A stretch of 64,000 nucleotides of DNA from a virus: the IMG/VR virus record IMGVR_UViG_3300033153_001906, positions 1 to 64,000 of that record. One strand, 5' to 3'. A program made the translations under genes and the position numbers. The notes beneath the pieces are model-generated. The model saw only the letters and a list, made by a program, of their open reading frames with translations. It did no database searches and was not told the origin of the DNA. Within the stretch, counting starts at the first letter, position 1, and each line of letters opens with the position of its first letter. This document shows positions 38,599 to 49,239 of this stretch, in pieces.

Positions 38599-39330
38599 AT
38601 GGCACGAAGCAATAAGAAGCGCCGATCAAACCACGGACGCGTTATTCACATCCAAGAAGAAAGAAAACAGGAGATACACTTAGATCGAAAGAACCACGTA
38701 AGACTAGTCCCGCGCAACATAGCGCAAGAAGAATATATCTCAAATCTTCATAATCAATCCCAACGCATAGTCTTTGCGACGGGGCCAGCAGGTACTGGCA
38801 AGACGTATCTCGCAGTCTTGAAAGCAATCCAAGAACTCAAGAACAGCGACTCATCCCATATTATTATTACCCGTCCAGCAGTAACCGTTGACGAGAATCA
38901 TGGGTTCTTGCCTGGAGATATTAATAAGAAAATGGATCCTTGGACTCGACCAATCTTTGATGTGTTTGAAGAATATTACACACCAAAAGATGTCAGAACA
39001 ATGGTAGAAGATGGTGTAGTTGAAATTTGCCCACTCGCATATATGCGTGGCCGAACATTCAAAAACGCAACTATTATCTTTGATGAATCTCAGAACACGA
39101 CCATTTCGCAAATGAAAATGGCACTAACTCGCATAGGTGAAGGAACACGTATGTTTGTAACTGGCGACATTAATCAATCAGACTTGAAATGCCAGAATGG
39201 TTTGCATGATTTCTTCACTAAGCTGAGAGAAATAAACTCTGATACTATCGCAATCACCAACTTTGGACACCAACATATTGAACGTGATCCCATCGTTGAA
39301 GAGGTTCTGCGGTGTTATGGAGAGGTCTAG
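38599..39330 (+). CDS. phoH: PhoH-like ATPase
   Basis: GPAGTGKT, GFLPG, PLAYMRGRTF, DESQN, GD..QSD; SD GGAGG. Confidence 0.95.
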   Translation: MARSNKKRRSNHGRVIHIQEERKQEIHLDRKNHVRLVPRNIAQEEYISNLHNQSQRIVFATGPAGTGKTYLAVLKAIQELKNSDSSHIIITRPAVTVDENHGFLPGDINKKMDPWTRPIFDVFEEYYTPKDVRTMVEDGVVEICPLAYMRGRTFKNATIIFDESQNTTISQMKMALTRIGEGTRMFVTGDINQSDLKCQNGLHDFFTKLREINSDTIAITNFGHQHIERDPIVEEVLRCYGEV

Positions 39331-39380
39331 AATTAGTACATTTTAGGGGGTTTCTATTTAACGGTACTAAATAAAAGTAT

Positions 39381-39464
39381 AGACGAGCGTTTCGTTTGAA
39401 GCACGGCAACATAGATCGTATTTACGTAGTACAATCTTGACCAATAGCTTCTCCACGTTCGTCT
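39381..39464 (+). ncRNA. Candidate small structured RNA
   Basis: CTAAATA at 39367-39373; nested stems AGACGAGCGT/ACGTTCGTCT, GAAGC/GCTTC, AGAT/ATCT; terminator follows. Confidence 0.4.
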
Positions 39465-39479
39465 TTCTATGCCCCAAAC

Positions 39480-39507
39480 AAAAAAGCCCCTCAATTTGAG
39501 GGGCTTT
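39480..39507. terminator. Bidirectional terminator between convergent units
   Basis: AAAAAAGCCCCTCAA-t-TTGAGGGGCTTT. Confidence 0.9.
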
Positions 39508-39534
39508 CTACTAGAAGACGCCTATGAAACGTCT

Positions 39535-39834
39535 TTACTTCTTAATCTTTTGATTTAGTACAACTCTTCCTTTACCTTTGAACCATTCGATCAGAGTGAT
39601 CTTACGACTCTCAGCCTGAGACTTATTCAGTCCTTCAAACTCTGTAGTCAACATATAAAGTTCACCAGCCGCGATCTTAGTAAATGCGTCTGATTTAATG
39701 TGACAGTAAGGTTTTCGGGCGAAGTTAGTGAGACTTTCGACAGTGTTTTCACGACAGTTTTCGATTGATCGTGCGTCGAAGTAAAGTGAACCATCAAGAA
39801 AATGATGGCATCGTACCAGATAATTGCTTTTCAT
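39535..39834 (-). CDS. Hypothetical protein, possibly degenerate GIY-YIG-like
   Basis: YLV...Y; A...K..LI..F.......N; own sigma70 promoter. Confidence 0.5.
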   Translation of the reverse strand: MKSNYLVRCHHFLDGSLYFDARSIENCRENTVESLTNFARKPYCHIKSDAFTKIAAGELYMLTTEFEGLNKSQAESRKITLIEWFKGKGRVVLNQKIKK

Positions 39835-39906
39835 AATATTAACCCTTTAAGTTATTCAGGAGCAAAAGACCCCTGTTTGTACGTTGATTTCTCAGCGTAT
39901 ATACAT

Positions 39907-39934
39907 ATTATACACTATTCTACACAAATGTCAA
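39907..39934 (-). promoter_or_regulatory. Sigma70-type promoter
   Basis: TTGACA-16-TATAAT. Confidence 0.8.
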
Positions 39935-39950
39935 GGACTTTATTTCCTGT

Positions 39951-41012
39951 TTATCCTTCGCTTGTTGTTCCGTAAACGTTATTCAGTTGGTTATTGACAC
40001 GAACGAATGTCGTGCGCTTTGATAATTCTTTGAGTGATACGCTTCCTGTGTACGTACATGCTGATCGAACACCACCAAGTATGTCTTTAACTGTGTTCTC
40101 AACTTTACCTTTGTATGGGATAAGAACTCGTTTGCCCTCGCTTGCGCGATAACCAGTAAGTCCATCACCATGTTTACTCTGTGCTGTCTCTGAACTCATA
40201 CCATAAAATTCGATCATTGGCGCTCTGGCTTTTCCAGGAATAAGTTTTCCACCACCTTCTTCGTGACCAGCCAACATTCCACCAAGCATAACAAAATCTG
40301 CGCCTGCCGCGAATGCTTTAGCAACATCACCTGGGCCCGTACAGCCACCGTCTGCAACAATAAGACCTTTCAATCCATGTGCTGCGTCAGCACATTCGAT
40401 AACTGCTGATAGTTGTGGATAGCCAACACCAGTTTTCTTGCGTGTTGTGCAAACGCTGCCTGGGCCTATGCCCACTTTCACCATATCAGCACCAGCCAGA
40501 ATAAGTGCTTCTGTCATATCTGCTGTGACTACGTTACCAGCAATGATTACCTTGGTTGGAAATGTCTGCCGAACCAGTTGCACAAAACTAACGAAATTTT
40601 CTGTGTATCCATTCGCTACGTCAATGCAGATGTAATTAATTTCTGGAAATTCCTCAAGAATATTTCTGGTCTTGAGAAAATCAGCATCAGCAATGCCCGT
40701 CGAAATGGCTACATTCTTATGTTCTGCTGTTGCGCCTGCATCAGTTATCATAAACTCGCACCAATCATCTATTGTGTAGTGTTTGTGCAAGCAAGTGAAC
40801 ATATTGAATTTCCATAATGCGTGTGCCATTGCAAATGTGCCAGTTGTGTCCATGTTTGCACCCATGATTGGAATGCCAGTGTATGTAATTGGTGAATGGC
40901 GGAATTTAAATTCACGCTCCAAGCTTACATCTTTACGAGATACCAATGTGCTGCGCTTTGGCCGTATCAATACGTCACTGTAATCTAGTTTTACTGAATC
41001 TTCAATCCTCAC
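39951..41012 (-). CDS. guaC: GMP reductase
   Basis: MRIE...[47 protein letters not shown]. Confidence 0.95.
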   Translation of the reverse strand: MRIEDSVKLDYSDVLIRPKRSTLVSRKDVSLEREFKFRHSPITYTGIPIMGANMDTTGTFAMAHALWKFNMFTCLHKHYTIDDWCEFMITDAGATAEHKNVAISTGIADADFLKTRNILEEFPEINYICIDVANGYTENFVSFVQLVRQTFPTKVIIAGNVVTADMTEALILAGADMVKVGIGPGSVCTTRKKTGVGYPQLSAVIECADAAHGLKGLIVADGGCTGPGDVAKAFAAGADFVMLGGMLAGHEEGGGKLIPGKARAPMIEFYGMSSETAQSKHGDGLTGYRASEGKRVLIPYKGKVENTVKDILGGVRSACTYTGSVSLKELSKRTTFVRVNNQLNNVYGTTSEG

Positions 41013-42140
41013 GACTTACTGCTCCTAGTGCTTCGCCCTTGCCCCAAATATCTTCTTTCCCATCTATCTTCAATGCGTATAGTTGATTAAGTGCATAGTG
41101 ATATGTGCAAACTTTTCTGTTTCTACCTACCCACATTCCATCTTTTACTTCGCTGTCCCATTCACAAAGCGGACATGCTCTTGATGAAATTATTGGGTGT
41201 TCAGTTTTTGCGTATACTCTTATATACTCTAACATTGCTTTATCTTGAAGCAATGGTTCTGTTAATGTTCGGTGATGTTGTTGATGCGCGCCACAAAATG
41301 CAATGACTTCATCATCATCCCAAAGACATTTGCAATCTAGTTTATGTTTTCCATTCGTCATAGTCTGTGATATCCTCTTCTGAGCCGCAAGTACATCGTA
41401 TTTTGATTACGAGGCCGAGTTGTGTTGGTGTGAATATATAAGATGTTTGCGGAAGGTTGCTAGGATCAATGTTCTGCCAAACAGAACATTCTAATACGTG
41501 CGTCTGCAACCACGCATTGAGTTTATCGTCGTTCTTACTTCCCGTTTGAAATTTCATCTAATTCTTTCCAATCTTTAGGCAGGCTATAGTATTGCAACAC
41601 GACTGCTGCTGCACGTATAAATGCTTTAGAATATACGAGGTCTTCATGGCTGGAAGGTACGTCATGTTTCTCAAGTGTGTTTATTTCTTTCTTGTGGCAA
41701 ATCATTGCACTACGCAGTTCTTTGCGAAGTAGTTCCTCTAGATCCTCGTGCGATACGCGAACCATAAATTCAGTCATATCAGTCATTTTTTCTTGTTTCG
41801 TAAATCAAGTTCTACAAACTTATCCATCTGGATTACTACTGATTCAATTGGTTCATCAACATCAAATTTTTCGATACCCACTTCAGCGCGATTACGAATT
41901 CTGGCTAGAATGTCTTGTGCAGTCACATCTACATCTTCAAATTCTGAATCATCACCAGATGCTACTTCCAATGTTTCAAGATGGCGATTCATATGAACCC
42001 ACGTTCTATTGGGTCCGCCAGCAGTAACTTCTATGTACTCACCAGAAGGCGAAATATCAGTGATTCGGACTTCTGTAATTGAGTTATCATCTTTGCTGTC
42101 AATTAAAACTATGTCACCCTCTTTGACAAATGTATCTTCA

Positions 42141-42755
42141 TCATTCATTTTCTGCACCCTTAATTATTTGGTAAATATCAGACCACGGCTCATCTTGACT
42201 TGTGCGAGCATAAAGTAAATGATCTTCCAAGTCGTATCGTGTATTGTATACGTGATCTATAACAATTGATCGCAAACCAAGTTTCGCACCAGCTATTGCA
42301 TTTGATACATGATCTTCGATCCAAAACATATTCGTTCCTTGCCACTGCCTTAGTTTATCAGCCTTGTGTACGCCAATGCGCAAGCAATGTAAACCAATAA
42401 TGGCATCACCGAAATGTTCACGAAGATTGTGCGTTCTGTAGTCATGCGCGCTAGTTTTTTGACTTAGACTTGTAACTACGATAAATTTGTACCCTTCACT
42501 ATTTAATTTGGCTACATATTTTTTAGCATCTGCGTGTGGTGGTAAATCACGAATGCGATCTGAATGATTGAACTCTTTAATGAAGTCCATTTTATGATTA
42601 TAGTCATCTAAGCCAAATCGTTCTTCAACAGAATAGTTTTCCTCTTCACCTGGAATAATATGATACCCTTTATCAACCATAAACTGGTTGAAGGTACAGT
42701 TCCAGTTGAATAAACATCCATCTGCGTCAGTTAAAATTATTTTTTCGTTGTCCAA
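42141..42755 (-). CDS. HAD-family 5'(3')-nucleotidase-like protein (T4 30.2-like)
   Basis: LTDADGCL.NW, VTS, WIED...N. Confidence 0.75.
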   Translation of the reverse strand: MDNEKIILTDADGCLFNWNCTFNQFMVDKGYHIIPGEEENYSVEERFGLDDYNHKMDFIKEFNHSDRIRDLPPHADAKKYVAKLNSEGYKFIVVTSLSQKTSAHDYRTHNLREHFGDAIIGLHCLRIGVHKADKLRQWQGTNMFWIEDHVSNAIAGAKLGLRSIVIDHVYNTRYDLEDHLLYARTSQDEPWSDIYQIIKGAENE

Positions 42756-42795
42756 GTTGGTTTACCGTTATGAAATAGTTCCCGATATTTTCTTC

Positions 42796-43893
42796 TTATC
42801 TGGTTCCATTTCTTAGTTCTTTTAGCGCCCGCGCGATTGCTTCCCGCACTGGTGGGGCTATTCTGGCCCTCGACTTTTTTCGATTGCCACCAGTGAAACC
42901 AATTGTAGCTTTCTCCTCGTCGTCCTCTGAATCTGGTGTTGTCTCCATCATTACACGTAGTCGTGCGATGGTTTCGTCAAAGTCTGCGTCAAGTGCCTCT
43001 ACTGATACGATAAGTTCTTTAAGGTGGGCAATTGAGAAACCATCTGTTTGCTCAACCCATTTTTCAAACTCTTCCTCGTTTTCAACTAGTCGTCCGTTTC
43101 GTGCTGCAAGATAGACTGCGCGAGCTTCCGCTGTTGGCATTCCAATTTTGCGCACAATGTCAAAACGACTTGGGCGATTAACTAGGCGTTTGTCTAGCTT
43201 CTCTGGATAGTTTGTTGTTGCAATGAATACAACGTTGTCGATTTGTAGATCACCGTCAAGCATTGCTAGTAGATCAGCTTCACCATATGCCTGTTGAATT
43301 GCGTCAATGTCTTCAACAAGAACAACGATTGGACGATCTGGCTCAATGCGTCGTAGCATTCCAAGTCCTTCCGCTGTCAGCTTTGGCTGTTTAACATAAA
43401 CAGCAATGCCGCCACGATCAACAATCTCTTTGATGATTAGTTGTAGGGTAGATGTTTTGCCTGATCCAGCAGGGCCATATAGAAGCACACCGCGCTTCCA
43501 AAGAAACCCTAGAGTACGAAACATTTGTTCTTTGTCCCAAAAATGTTTGATGTTCTCGATGATTTCTTCTGATGCACTGTCTGGAAGTATTAGCAGTTCA
43601 TCAAGGTTAATAGGCTTGTCCACAAAGTAAAGTCCGCGATTGTGTGAGAACTCAATGCTGTACTGTCCTGCGCCAAGCTTGTCTATTGTTTGGTCAGCGG
43701 GGAAATATGCATCACCAACTTTTGCCCAAAGACGCGCATTCTCTTTAAGAACACCCTCTTCATCGTCGTAATCATATGGATCAACGATGGGATCAGGAGT
43801 AGCGAAATCACTTTCATCCGACTCTGGTGCCTCGTCTGATTCGTTGTTTTTGGTTAGTTCACGCAGTTCTTTCAGATCGTCCGTGTCACTCAT
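42796..43893 (-). CDS. AAA+ ATPase
   Basis: RGVLLYGPAGSGKT, VEDID, ATTNYPEKLD....RPSRFD. Confidence 0.9.
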   Translation of the reverse strand: MSDTDDLKELRELTKNNESDEAPESDESDFATPDPIVDPYDYDDEEGVLKENARLWAKVGDAYFPADQTIDKLGAGQYSIEFSHNRGLYFVDKPINLDELLILPDSASEEIIENIKHFWDKEQMFRTLGFLWKRGVLLYGPAGSGKTSTLQLIIKEIVDRGGIAVYVKQPKLTAEGLGMLRRIEPDRPIVVLVEDIDAIQQAYGEADLLAMLDGDLQIDNVVFIATTNYPEKLDKRLVNRPSRFDIVRKIGMPTAEARAVYLAARNGRLVENEEEFEKWVEQTDGFSIAHLKELIVSVEALDADFDETIARLRVMMETTPDSEDDEEKATIGFTGGNRKKSRARIAPPVREAIARALKELRNGTR

Positions 43894-44340
43894 TCATCTT
43901 CCTCGTTGTTTTTTATTAAGTCTTGCTGTATTTTCTTTCGTTTACGTTGGGGTGCATTTCCTTCATCATCCTCAACTTCAATTAGTTGTTCTAATTCTGC
44001 TTCTACTTCCTCTTTTTCGAGTAGTAGTGCTTCTGGAATATCAGCGCCAACCAGTTCCAAAAACTTTTTGTATTTGTCAGCGTAACCTTTGATTACGTGT
44101 TCTTCAACTTGATCGTAAGTCAATCCATCTTGCCGATACGTGTTCTTCACGAACTCACGCGTGAGCGCATCCATTATGATTGTAGCTGATTGTAAGTGTC
44201 GTTTCTTGTATGTTTCTTGAAATTCACAAGTTTCAGTTGTTTGAATTTTTCCTGCATTTTCACCACGGGTAATTGGGTGGTGTGAATGTGATAGAATTAG
44301 ATACGCGCCTTTCTTCATTAAAGATCCTTATTGAATACAT

Positions 44341-44369
44341 ATTATAACTAATTTTGCGGGGTTTGTCAA
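44341..44369 (-). promoter_or_regulatory. Sigma70-type promoter
   Basis: TTGACA-17-TATAAT. Confidence 0.85.
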
Positions 44370-44370
44370 G

Positions 44371-45012
44371 CTATTTCCAAACGATTTCCGCTTGTCCTGT
44401 TTTCCGCAAATAGTCATTTATACTACTGAATGGTTTGCTCCCAAAGAATCCTCTATACGCAGAAAGAGGAGATGGGTGCGGCGCTTGTATTATAAGATGT
44501 CTCATGTGGTCAATTTGCGAAACTCGTTCTTGTGCTTTCTTGCCCCACAAGACAAACACCAAATTATTCCTCTTTATACTGAGCATCTTGATTGCTTCAT
44601 CAGTCAGTGCTTCCCAACCCCAGCCCTGATGCGATCCAGCTTTACCTTCTTGGACTGTTAGTGTGTTATTTATAAGCAAGACACCCTGGTCTGCCCAATC
44701 ACGTAAACTGCCGCAAGTTCGTTTTATGCCAAGATCGCTTTCCAATTCAGTATAAATGTTCTTGAGCGATTTTGGCAATGGTTCCACACATGCGTTAACT
44801 GAAAATGCTAAACCATTAGCATGACCAGCAGTAGGATAAGGATCTTGTCCAAGTATGACAACTTTCACATCATCAAATGGCAGCAAGTCAAATGCTCGCA
44901 TAATTTGATGTATTGGTGGAAAGATTGGTATGCCAGCATTGATAGACTCTGCAAGCTTATCCGCCACGATCTTGTCCCCACCTTTAAAAAATTCTAAATC
45001 AGTCCAGTTCAA
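44371..45012 (-). CDS. ung: Uracil-DNA glycosylase, family 1
   Basis: GQDPY, GLAFS, PKSL.NI, GVLL.N, LWG, HPSPLS. Confidence 0.95.
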   Translation of the reverse strand: MNWTDLEFFKGGDKIVADKLAESINAGIPIFPPIHQIMRAFDLLPFDDVKVVILGQDPYPTAGHANGLAFSVNACVEPLPKSLKNIYTELESDLGIKRTCGSLRDWADQGVLLINNTLTVQEGKAGSHQGWGWEALTDEAIKMLSIKRNNLVFVLWGKKAQERVSQIDHMRHLIIQAPHPSPLSAYRGFFGSKPFSSINDYLRKTGQAEIVWK

Positions 45013-45293
45013 TTTTTTAATCTCGCTGTAAATATTCTTTTGTTTGTCAATCTCATTACACCCAACAATGTTATGTTGGGGTTTTTGAAAACAGTTGCTT
45101 CAGTTTCGTGATATAAACTCAGTGCTTCCTCAGCAGTATTGTAAAGTAATGCATCACCCAAACGCGGACTATATGTAAATTGTAAATAAGAGCCAGCATC
45201 ATCGCTATAAAACGGATGAATTTTACATGGATAAGCAAAGGCATGACTTGTATTATCGCTACCCCTTGTTATGAATTTTAATGTATACTTCAT
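45009..45293 (-). CDS. Hypothetical protein with shared tag
   Basis: Ends LTNKRIFTARLKN. Confidence 0.6.
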   Translation of the reverse strand: MKYTLKFITRGSDNTSHAFAYPCKIHPFYSDDAGSYLQFTYSPRLGDALLYNTAEEALSLYHETEATVFKNPNITLLGVMRLTNKRIFTARLKN

Positions 45294-45541
45294 ACGCCCG
45301 CCAGTTTTGCTTTAAATATATCTACGTCAGCGATTGGTACTGCTGAGTAGTCTGACACTTGCCACATTGAATCCAGTACGTGTTGCATTACTTTTGGCTC
45401 ATGCTCAAATACGTGTGCTTCTGACAGTAAATATGTACCCTCTGGTGCATCATTGTGTCCAATGCTTTTGAAAAATGATATATCGAACCCATTTTTCTTT
45501 GCTTCGTTATCTCTGCTTGGTGTTATGAGTACATACTTCAT
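45290..45541 (-). CDS. Hypothetical protein with shared tag
   Basis: Ends IADVDIFKAKLAGV. Confidence 0.6.
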   Translation of the reverse strand: MKYVLITPSRDNEAKKNGFDISFFKSIGHNDAPEGTYLLSEAHVFEHEPKVMQHVLDSMWQVSDYSAVPIADVDIFKAKLAGV

Positions 45542-45891
45542 CCGAAGTAGTATCTCAACAATCCGATTATCACTATAAACCCAACGACACCATTTACTAC
45601 CATTAATGCACGATCACGCCAAACGAATGATACCCACCACCATAAAGCTGCGCCTACCAAACTGCCCCATAGATCAATAAGATGTAATGATTCAATTCCT
45701 GTTGCTCTAGCTGATACCGAAAACACGATAACACCTGTAGCAAGCCATTTTACGTACCAATCTAGTGTGTACTTTGGTGTTGCACTCTTAACAATACGAT
45801 CACTTTGGCAAATCTCTGGTTCATCATCTGGATGCTCAGGACTAACACTTGCGTCATATGGTTTTGGTAATTTCCATTTAAAGATTTTCAT
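45538..45891 (-). CDS. Small multi-TM membrane protein
   Basis: WYVKW.AT, W.DRAL..VN; three hydrophobic segments. Confidence 0.7.
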   Translation of the reverse strand: MKIFKWKLPKPYDASVSPEHPDDEPEICQSDRIVKSATPKYTLDWYVKWLATGVIVFSVSARATGIESLHLIDLWGSLVGAALWWWVSFVWRDRALMVVNGVVGFIVIIGLLRYYFG

Positions 45892-46036
45892 TATACGTTT
45901 TCTTTGCTTTTTCTACAATTATTTTGTGAAGTAATTTATTAGCTTTTTTGCTATCGCCATCGACAAGATACTCTAAGACTTGCGCCAAATCATCTTTGTA
46001 TTTCTTCTTATTTTTTTCTTGATCTAAGTATCTCAT
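45878..46036 (-). CDS. 52-aa helical protein, below ORF-track cutoff
   Basis: MRYLDQEKNKKKYKDDLAQVLEYLVDGDSKKANKLLHKIIVEKAKKTYNENL; start overlaps the upstream stop. Confidence 0.6.
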   Translation of the reverse strand: MRYLDQEKNKKKYKDDLAQVLEYLVDGDSKKANKLLHKIIVEKAKKTYNENL

Positions 46037-46254
46037 ATGTCCTTTAATCTAGCCTCAAATAATTCTTTCTTTGTAACTGAAACGATTTCATAACCATCAA
46101 CCTCACTTACAAAATATCGCATATCATGTATCGTCGCTTCACTCAATCTACTGGTCATGTGTGGTATATTGTCACGATGGTATCTATACTCACCATTTCC
46201 TGGATGCACAAAACGATGAACCCACTTAACAATCATGTTAGCCCCATATTGCAA
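46033..46254 (-). CDS. Hypothetical protein with shared tag
   Basis: Ends VTKKELFEARLKDI. Confidence 0.6.
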   Translation of the reverse strand: MQYGANMIVKWVHRFVHPGNGEYRYHRDNIPHMTSRLSEATIHDMRYFVSEVDGYEIVSVTKKELFEARLKDI

Positions 46255-46366
46255 TCATGCCGATCACTATGCCGAATACGATTGCCCAAAAAATTGTCCC
46301 TAAAAGATTTAATGTAAAATCTTCTGGTACAGTTTTGTTATACCAATCATTAAGTCGCTTCCACAT

Positions 46367-47290
46367 TTACATACTCAATAATTCTAATTCAATGCAACAA
46401 GCAGATAGATTAATTTCTGCATCTGCAATCGCAACGTGATTAACTAGTGCATTGCGAATGATAATGACTGCTTGTTTTTGTATCTCTGATTCTTCGCCCC
46501 AATATTGTAAGTTCTCATACATATGGCGATAAATTTCTTCGTATTCATCAAGTGATGCTTTGTTGCAAATAAGCTTACGTGCTTCTGCAATTTTGCCAGC
46601 ACGAAACAGTGCGATCATTTCTACTTTGTAGTCTGATGCGCCCAAATCTTCAACGTGTGGTCGAAGCAATGTGCCAGTCTGTGCATTTTGTTGACACAGA
46701 TTGATACACTTGCGCATATCTGGATATTCTGCTGCAACGAATAGATCAAGTACTTCTAGCTCGAACTCTACATTTTCTGCTATCAGTATTTCCGCCACTC
46801 GCGCCGTGTATTCTACTTTATCAAGTTTCTCAATATGAAATCCTTGACTTCTGCTATGTATAGCTTCGATGATCTTGTGCGGATAATTGCATGTTATGAT
46901 GAAACGGCAGAAATTATCGTATCGTTCCATAACGCCACGCAATGCTGCTTGTGCGTTATGCGATAGATAATCGCCTTCATCAAGAAACACATACTTGAAA
47001 TCACCAAATGGCATTGTCGTTGCAAAGTTTGTAATGTTGTCACGAATCCAATCAACACCATTGTTTACAGATGCATTGATGAATAAAATATCACCCTCAT
47101 CTACACCCAATTCATTGAGTAAAACTTTTGCAAGCGTGGTCTTGCCTGTTCCAGCAGAGCCACTGAATAGTAGATGCGGAATTGTGCCACCCTCTAACCA
47201 ACTTGTGACTTGCGATTTTTGCGCTTCATCACGAAACACATACTCATTGATTTTCGTTGGTCGATATTTTGTTACCCAAAGTTCTCTCAT
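46367..47290 (-). CDS. Clamp loader ATPase subunit (gp44/RFC-small-like)
   Basis: LWV.KYRP, PHLLFSGSAGTGKT, INAS, DE.D, AQAALR..ME, SR. Confidence 0.92.
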   Translation of the reverse strand: MRELWVTKYRPTKINEYVFRDEAQKSQVTSWLEGGTIPHLLFSGSAGTGKTTLAKVLLNELGVDEGDILFINASVNNGVDWIRDNITNFATTMPFGDFKYVFLDEGDYLSHNAQAALRGVMERYDNFCRFIITCNYPHKIIEAIHSRSQGFHIEKLDKVEYTARVAEILIAENVEFELEVLDLFVAAEYPDMRKCINLCQQNAQTGTLLRPHVEDLGASDYKVEMIALFRAGKIAEARKLICNKASLDEYEEIYRHMYENLQYWGEESEIQKQAVIIIRNALVNHVAIADAEINLSACCIELELLSM

Positions 47291-47630
47291 GCTTCGTAAT
47301 TCCTTTCTTCATTTAAAATCATGCCTGGAACTGGATCGCCCTGCTGTAATAGATGTCCGTGCTTGAATTGTGCATATTGATAGTTCCTGGTACGAACAGA
47401 TATATCATCTTCATTCCATAACAATGTCATTGTGAAGTTTTCTTGTGATTGTGGTATGGTAATCGTGCAGCCACTATGAAAAGCATATGTGTTAGCACGT
47501 TCAATGTAGTCTTTATCGTGCGCAATTGACACAACAAACAGAAGCTTGTCCAGTGCCTGTTTTACCGTTTCATCATCGGAGATTTTTGCTGCTTGCAATA
47601 GTTCGTCTATTTTAGTTTTATCCATATCGC

Positions 47631-47659
47631 ATTATAGCACATTGCGTACCATGCGTCAA
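47631..47659 (-). promoter_or_regulatory. Sigma70-type promoter, leaderless
   Basis: TTGACG-17-TATAAT with ATG 47625 five nt downstream. Confidence 0.75.
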
Positions 47660-47661
47660 GC

Positions 47662-47985
47662 TTATCGTAGTAGCCGTTCAGAATCAGGTTTTTCGTCAGA
47701 AACCAAAAGAACGGAATCTATGTCAATGCCCCACAACGTAAGTGTTGCATCGCCATCACGAATTTCCATGCCGCGTGTCCAGCGACCATGCTCAACATAA
47801 ATCCAATTGCCTTCCTGAATTTCCCCCGTTACATCGTCGCCCTTGGAATAAACCTGCATCCAACGTGGACGAACGCCTTCTTCTCTAGCATTGTCATCTA
47901 GTAACACAATGCCGCCACGCGATGTTTCTTCGCCGCGTTCAATTTCTGATGCAAGCAACTTGTCATTTAGTGCTTTAACTTTCAT
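47662..47985 (-). CDS. GroES-like co-chaperonin
   Basis: K.L.D.L......E..S.GGI.L mobile loop, V.S.G..V. Confidence 0.75.
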   Translation of the reverse strand: MKVKALNDKLLASEIERGEETSRGGIVLLDDNAREEGVRPRWMQVYSKGDDVTGEIQEGNWIYVEHGRWTRGMEIRDGDATLTLWGIDIDSVLLVSDEKPDSERLLR

Positions 47986-48705
47986 TACTCTTCCTCTTTA
48001 AAGTACTTTAATGGAATTTCTTTGAGTCCAGCTAGTACTTTCTTGATTGTCCCTTTTGGGAGTTTTGTGTGATCGTGTAATAGTATAACTATTGTGTTGT
48101 GTCTCAATCCAGAGCTTTCCATACGTTCGACCATTTCCTGCATCTTGTACAGATCGTCACGCATGAGTACGATAGATTCGAATTTCTCAAACGTTCCGTC
48201 AAGTCGCTTGACAAACGCTTCTTTACTTTCTAATTCATCTTGGGTCATACTGTTGGCTTTTTCTTCTTAGATGCTGTTTTCTTTGATTTCTTCTTAGGTG
48301 CTGTTTCTGGCTTTGGCTTTGCTGTTGGCGCCGAGAGTTCTTTAATCTCAATGTCGCCATCAGGCGTCATTATTTCCGCATATTTGCTACCATCATCTCT
48401 TTTGCGAATAGTCTCAGTAGTTATTTCCGCATCTGGAATTGGTGTTGGCTCTGACTTGTCTTCGGGGGCAGTTTTTCCATCTGCTTGTGTCATTGCTTTC
48501 TTCAAGCTTGCTTTACCTACTTGTTTTGTGCCCTGGTATCGCGATTGTGCGCGTTCTTTGGCAGTCTTTACAACTTTTCCACCTTGCACAATATCGCCAT
48601 TGGCATTGACGCTCATGTTACCTGCTGCAATAGTCTTACTATTAGCAGTACGCATAGCCTCCATATCAATTGGCTTTCCTTTATTTGTTCTGTATTGTTT
48701 AGCCA

Positions 48706-49239
48706 TTACTTCAAAAATTCCTCAATAGGTAAGTCGTATTTGATGCTGTCTACTTTGTGTACGCCAAGTAGATACAAACAATACGATGCTACGCTTGATC
48801 CACGCCCGACTCCCCATACTATTTTATGTTCTCGCATATAGTCCACAATGTACATCAAAAATTGTAAAAGCGGAATCAAATTGCGTTCTTCAAACATTGT
48901 ATATTCTAGTTCTACGCGTAATGTTTCTTTTTCATTTTTACAGAGACTCAATATATACGATTCCATATCTAGTGTTCTGTATTTATCGGGAATATCCCAT
49001 ACCTCTGTACAAAGTCTGTGATATTCTTCTACTTCCAAATCATCGCTGATTGGATATGATAGCTTTGTAGCAATTCCTAATATTTGCTCACTATGCTTAT
49101 TGAACAAATCTACTTCCCTACCATCAACAATGATGCTATCATCAATGTCGTGACCATACAACAATGCTGCCCTACCTTCCTCTTTTGTTAGTAGCACATT
49201 ATTGAACTTGTCTAATTTTACTTGTCTTGATTCTTCCAT
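48706..49239 (-). CDS. Stand-alone fragment homologous to DNA polymerase III alpha (DnaE)
   Basis: R...E...........L.....VD........GVGRGSS.AS...YLLG....D.IKY.L..E.FL. Confidence 0.75.
   Translation of the reverse strand: MEESRQVKLDKFNNVLLTKEEGRAALLYGHDIDDSIIVDGREVDLFNKHSEQILGIATKLSYPISDDLEVEEYHRLCTEVWDIPDKYRTLDMESYILSLCKNEKETLRVELEYTMFEERNLIPLLQFLMYIVDYMREHKIVWGVGRGSSVASYCLYLLGVHKVDSIKYDLPIEEFLK

Noticed and set aside
48979-48987. Extra GATAAATAC match
   Set aside because: Inside a CDS (encodes DKY); cannot be distinguished from chance
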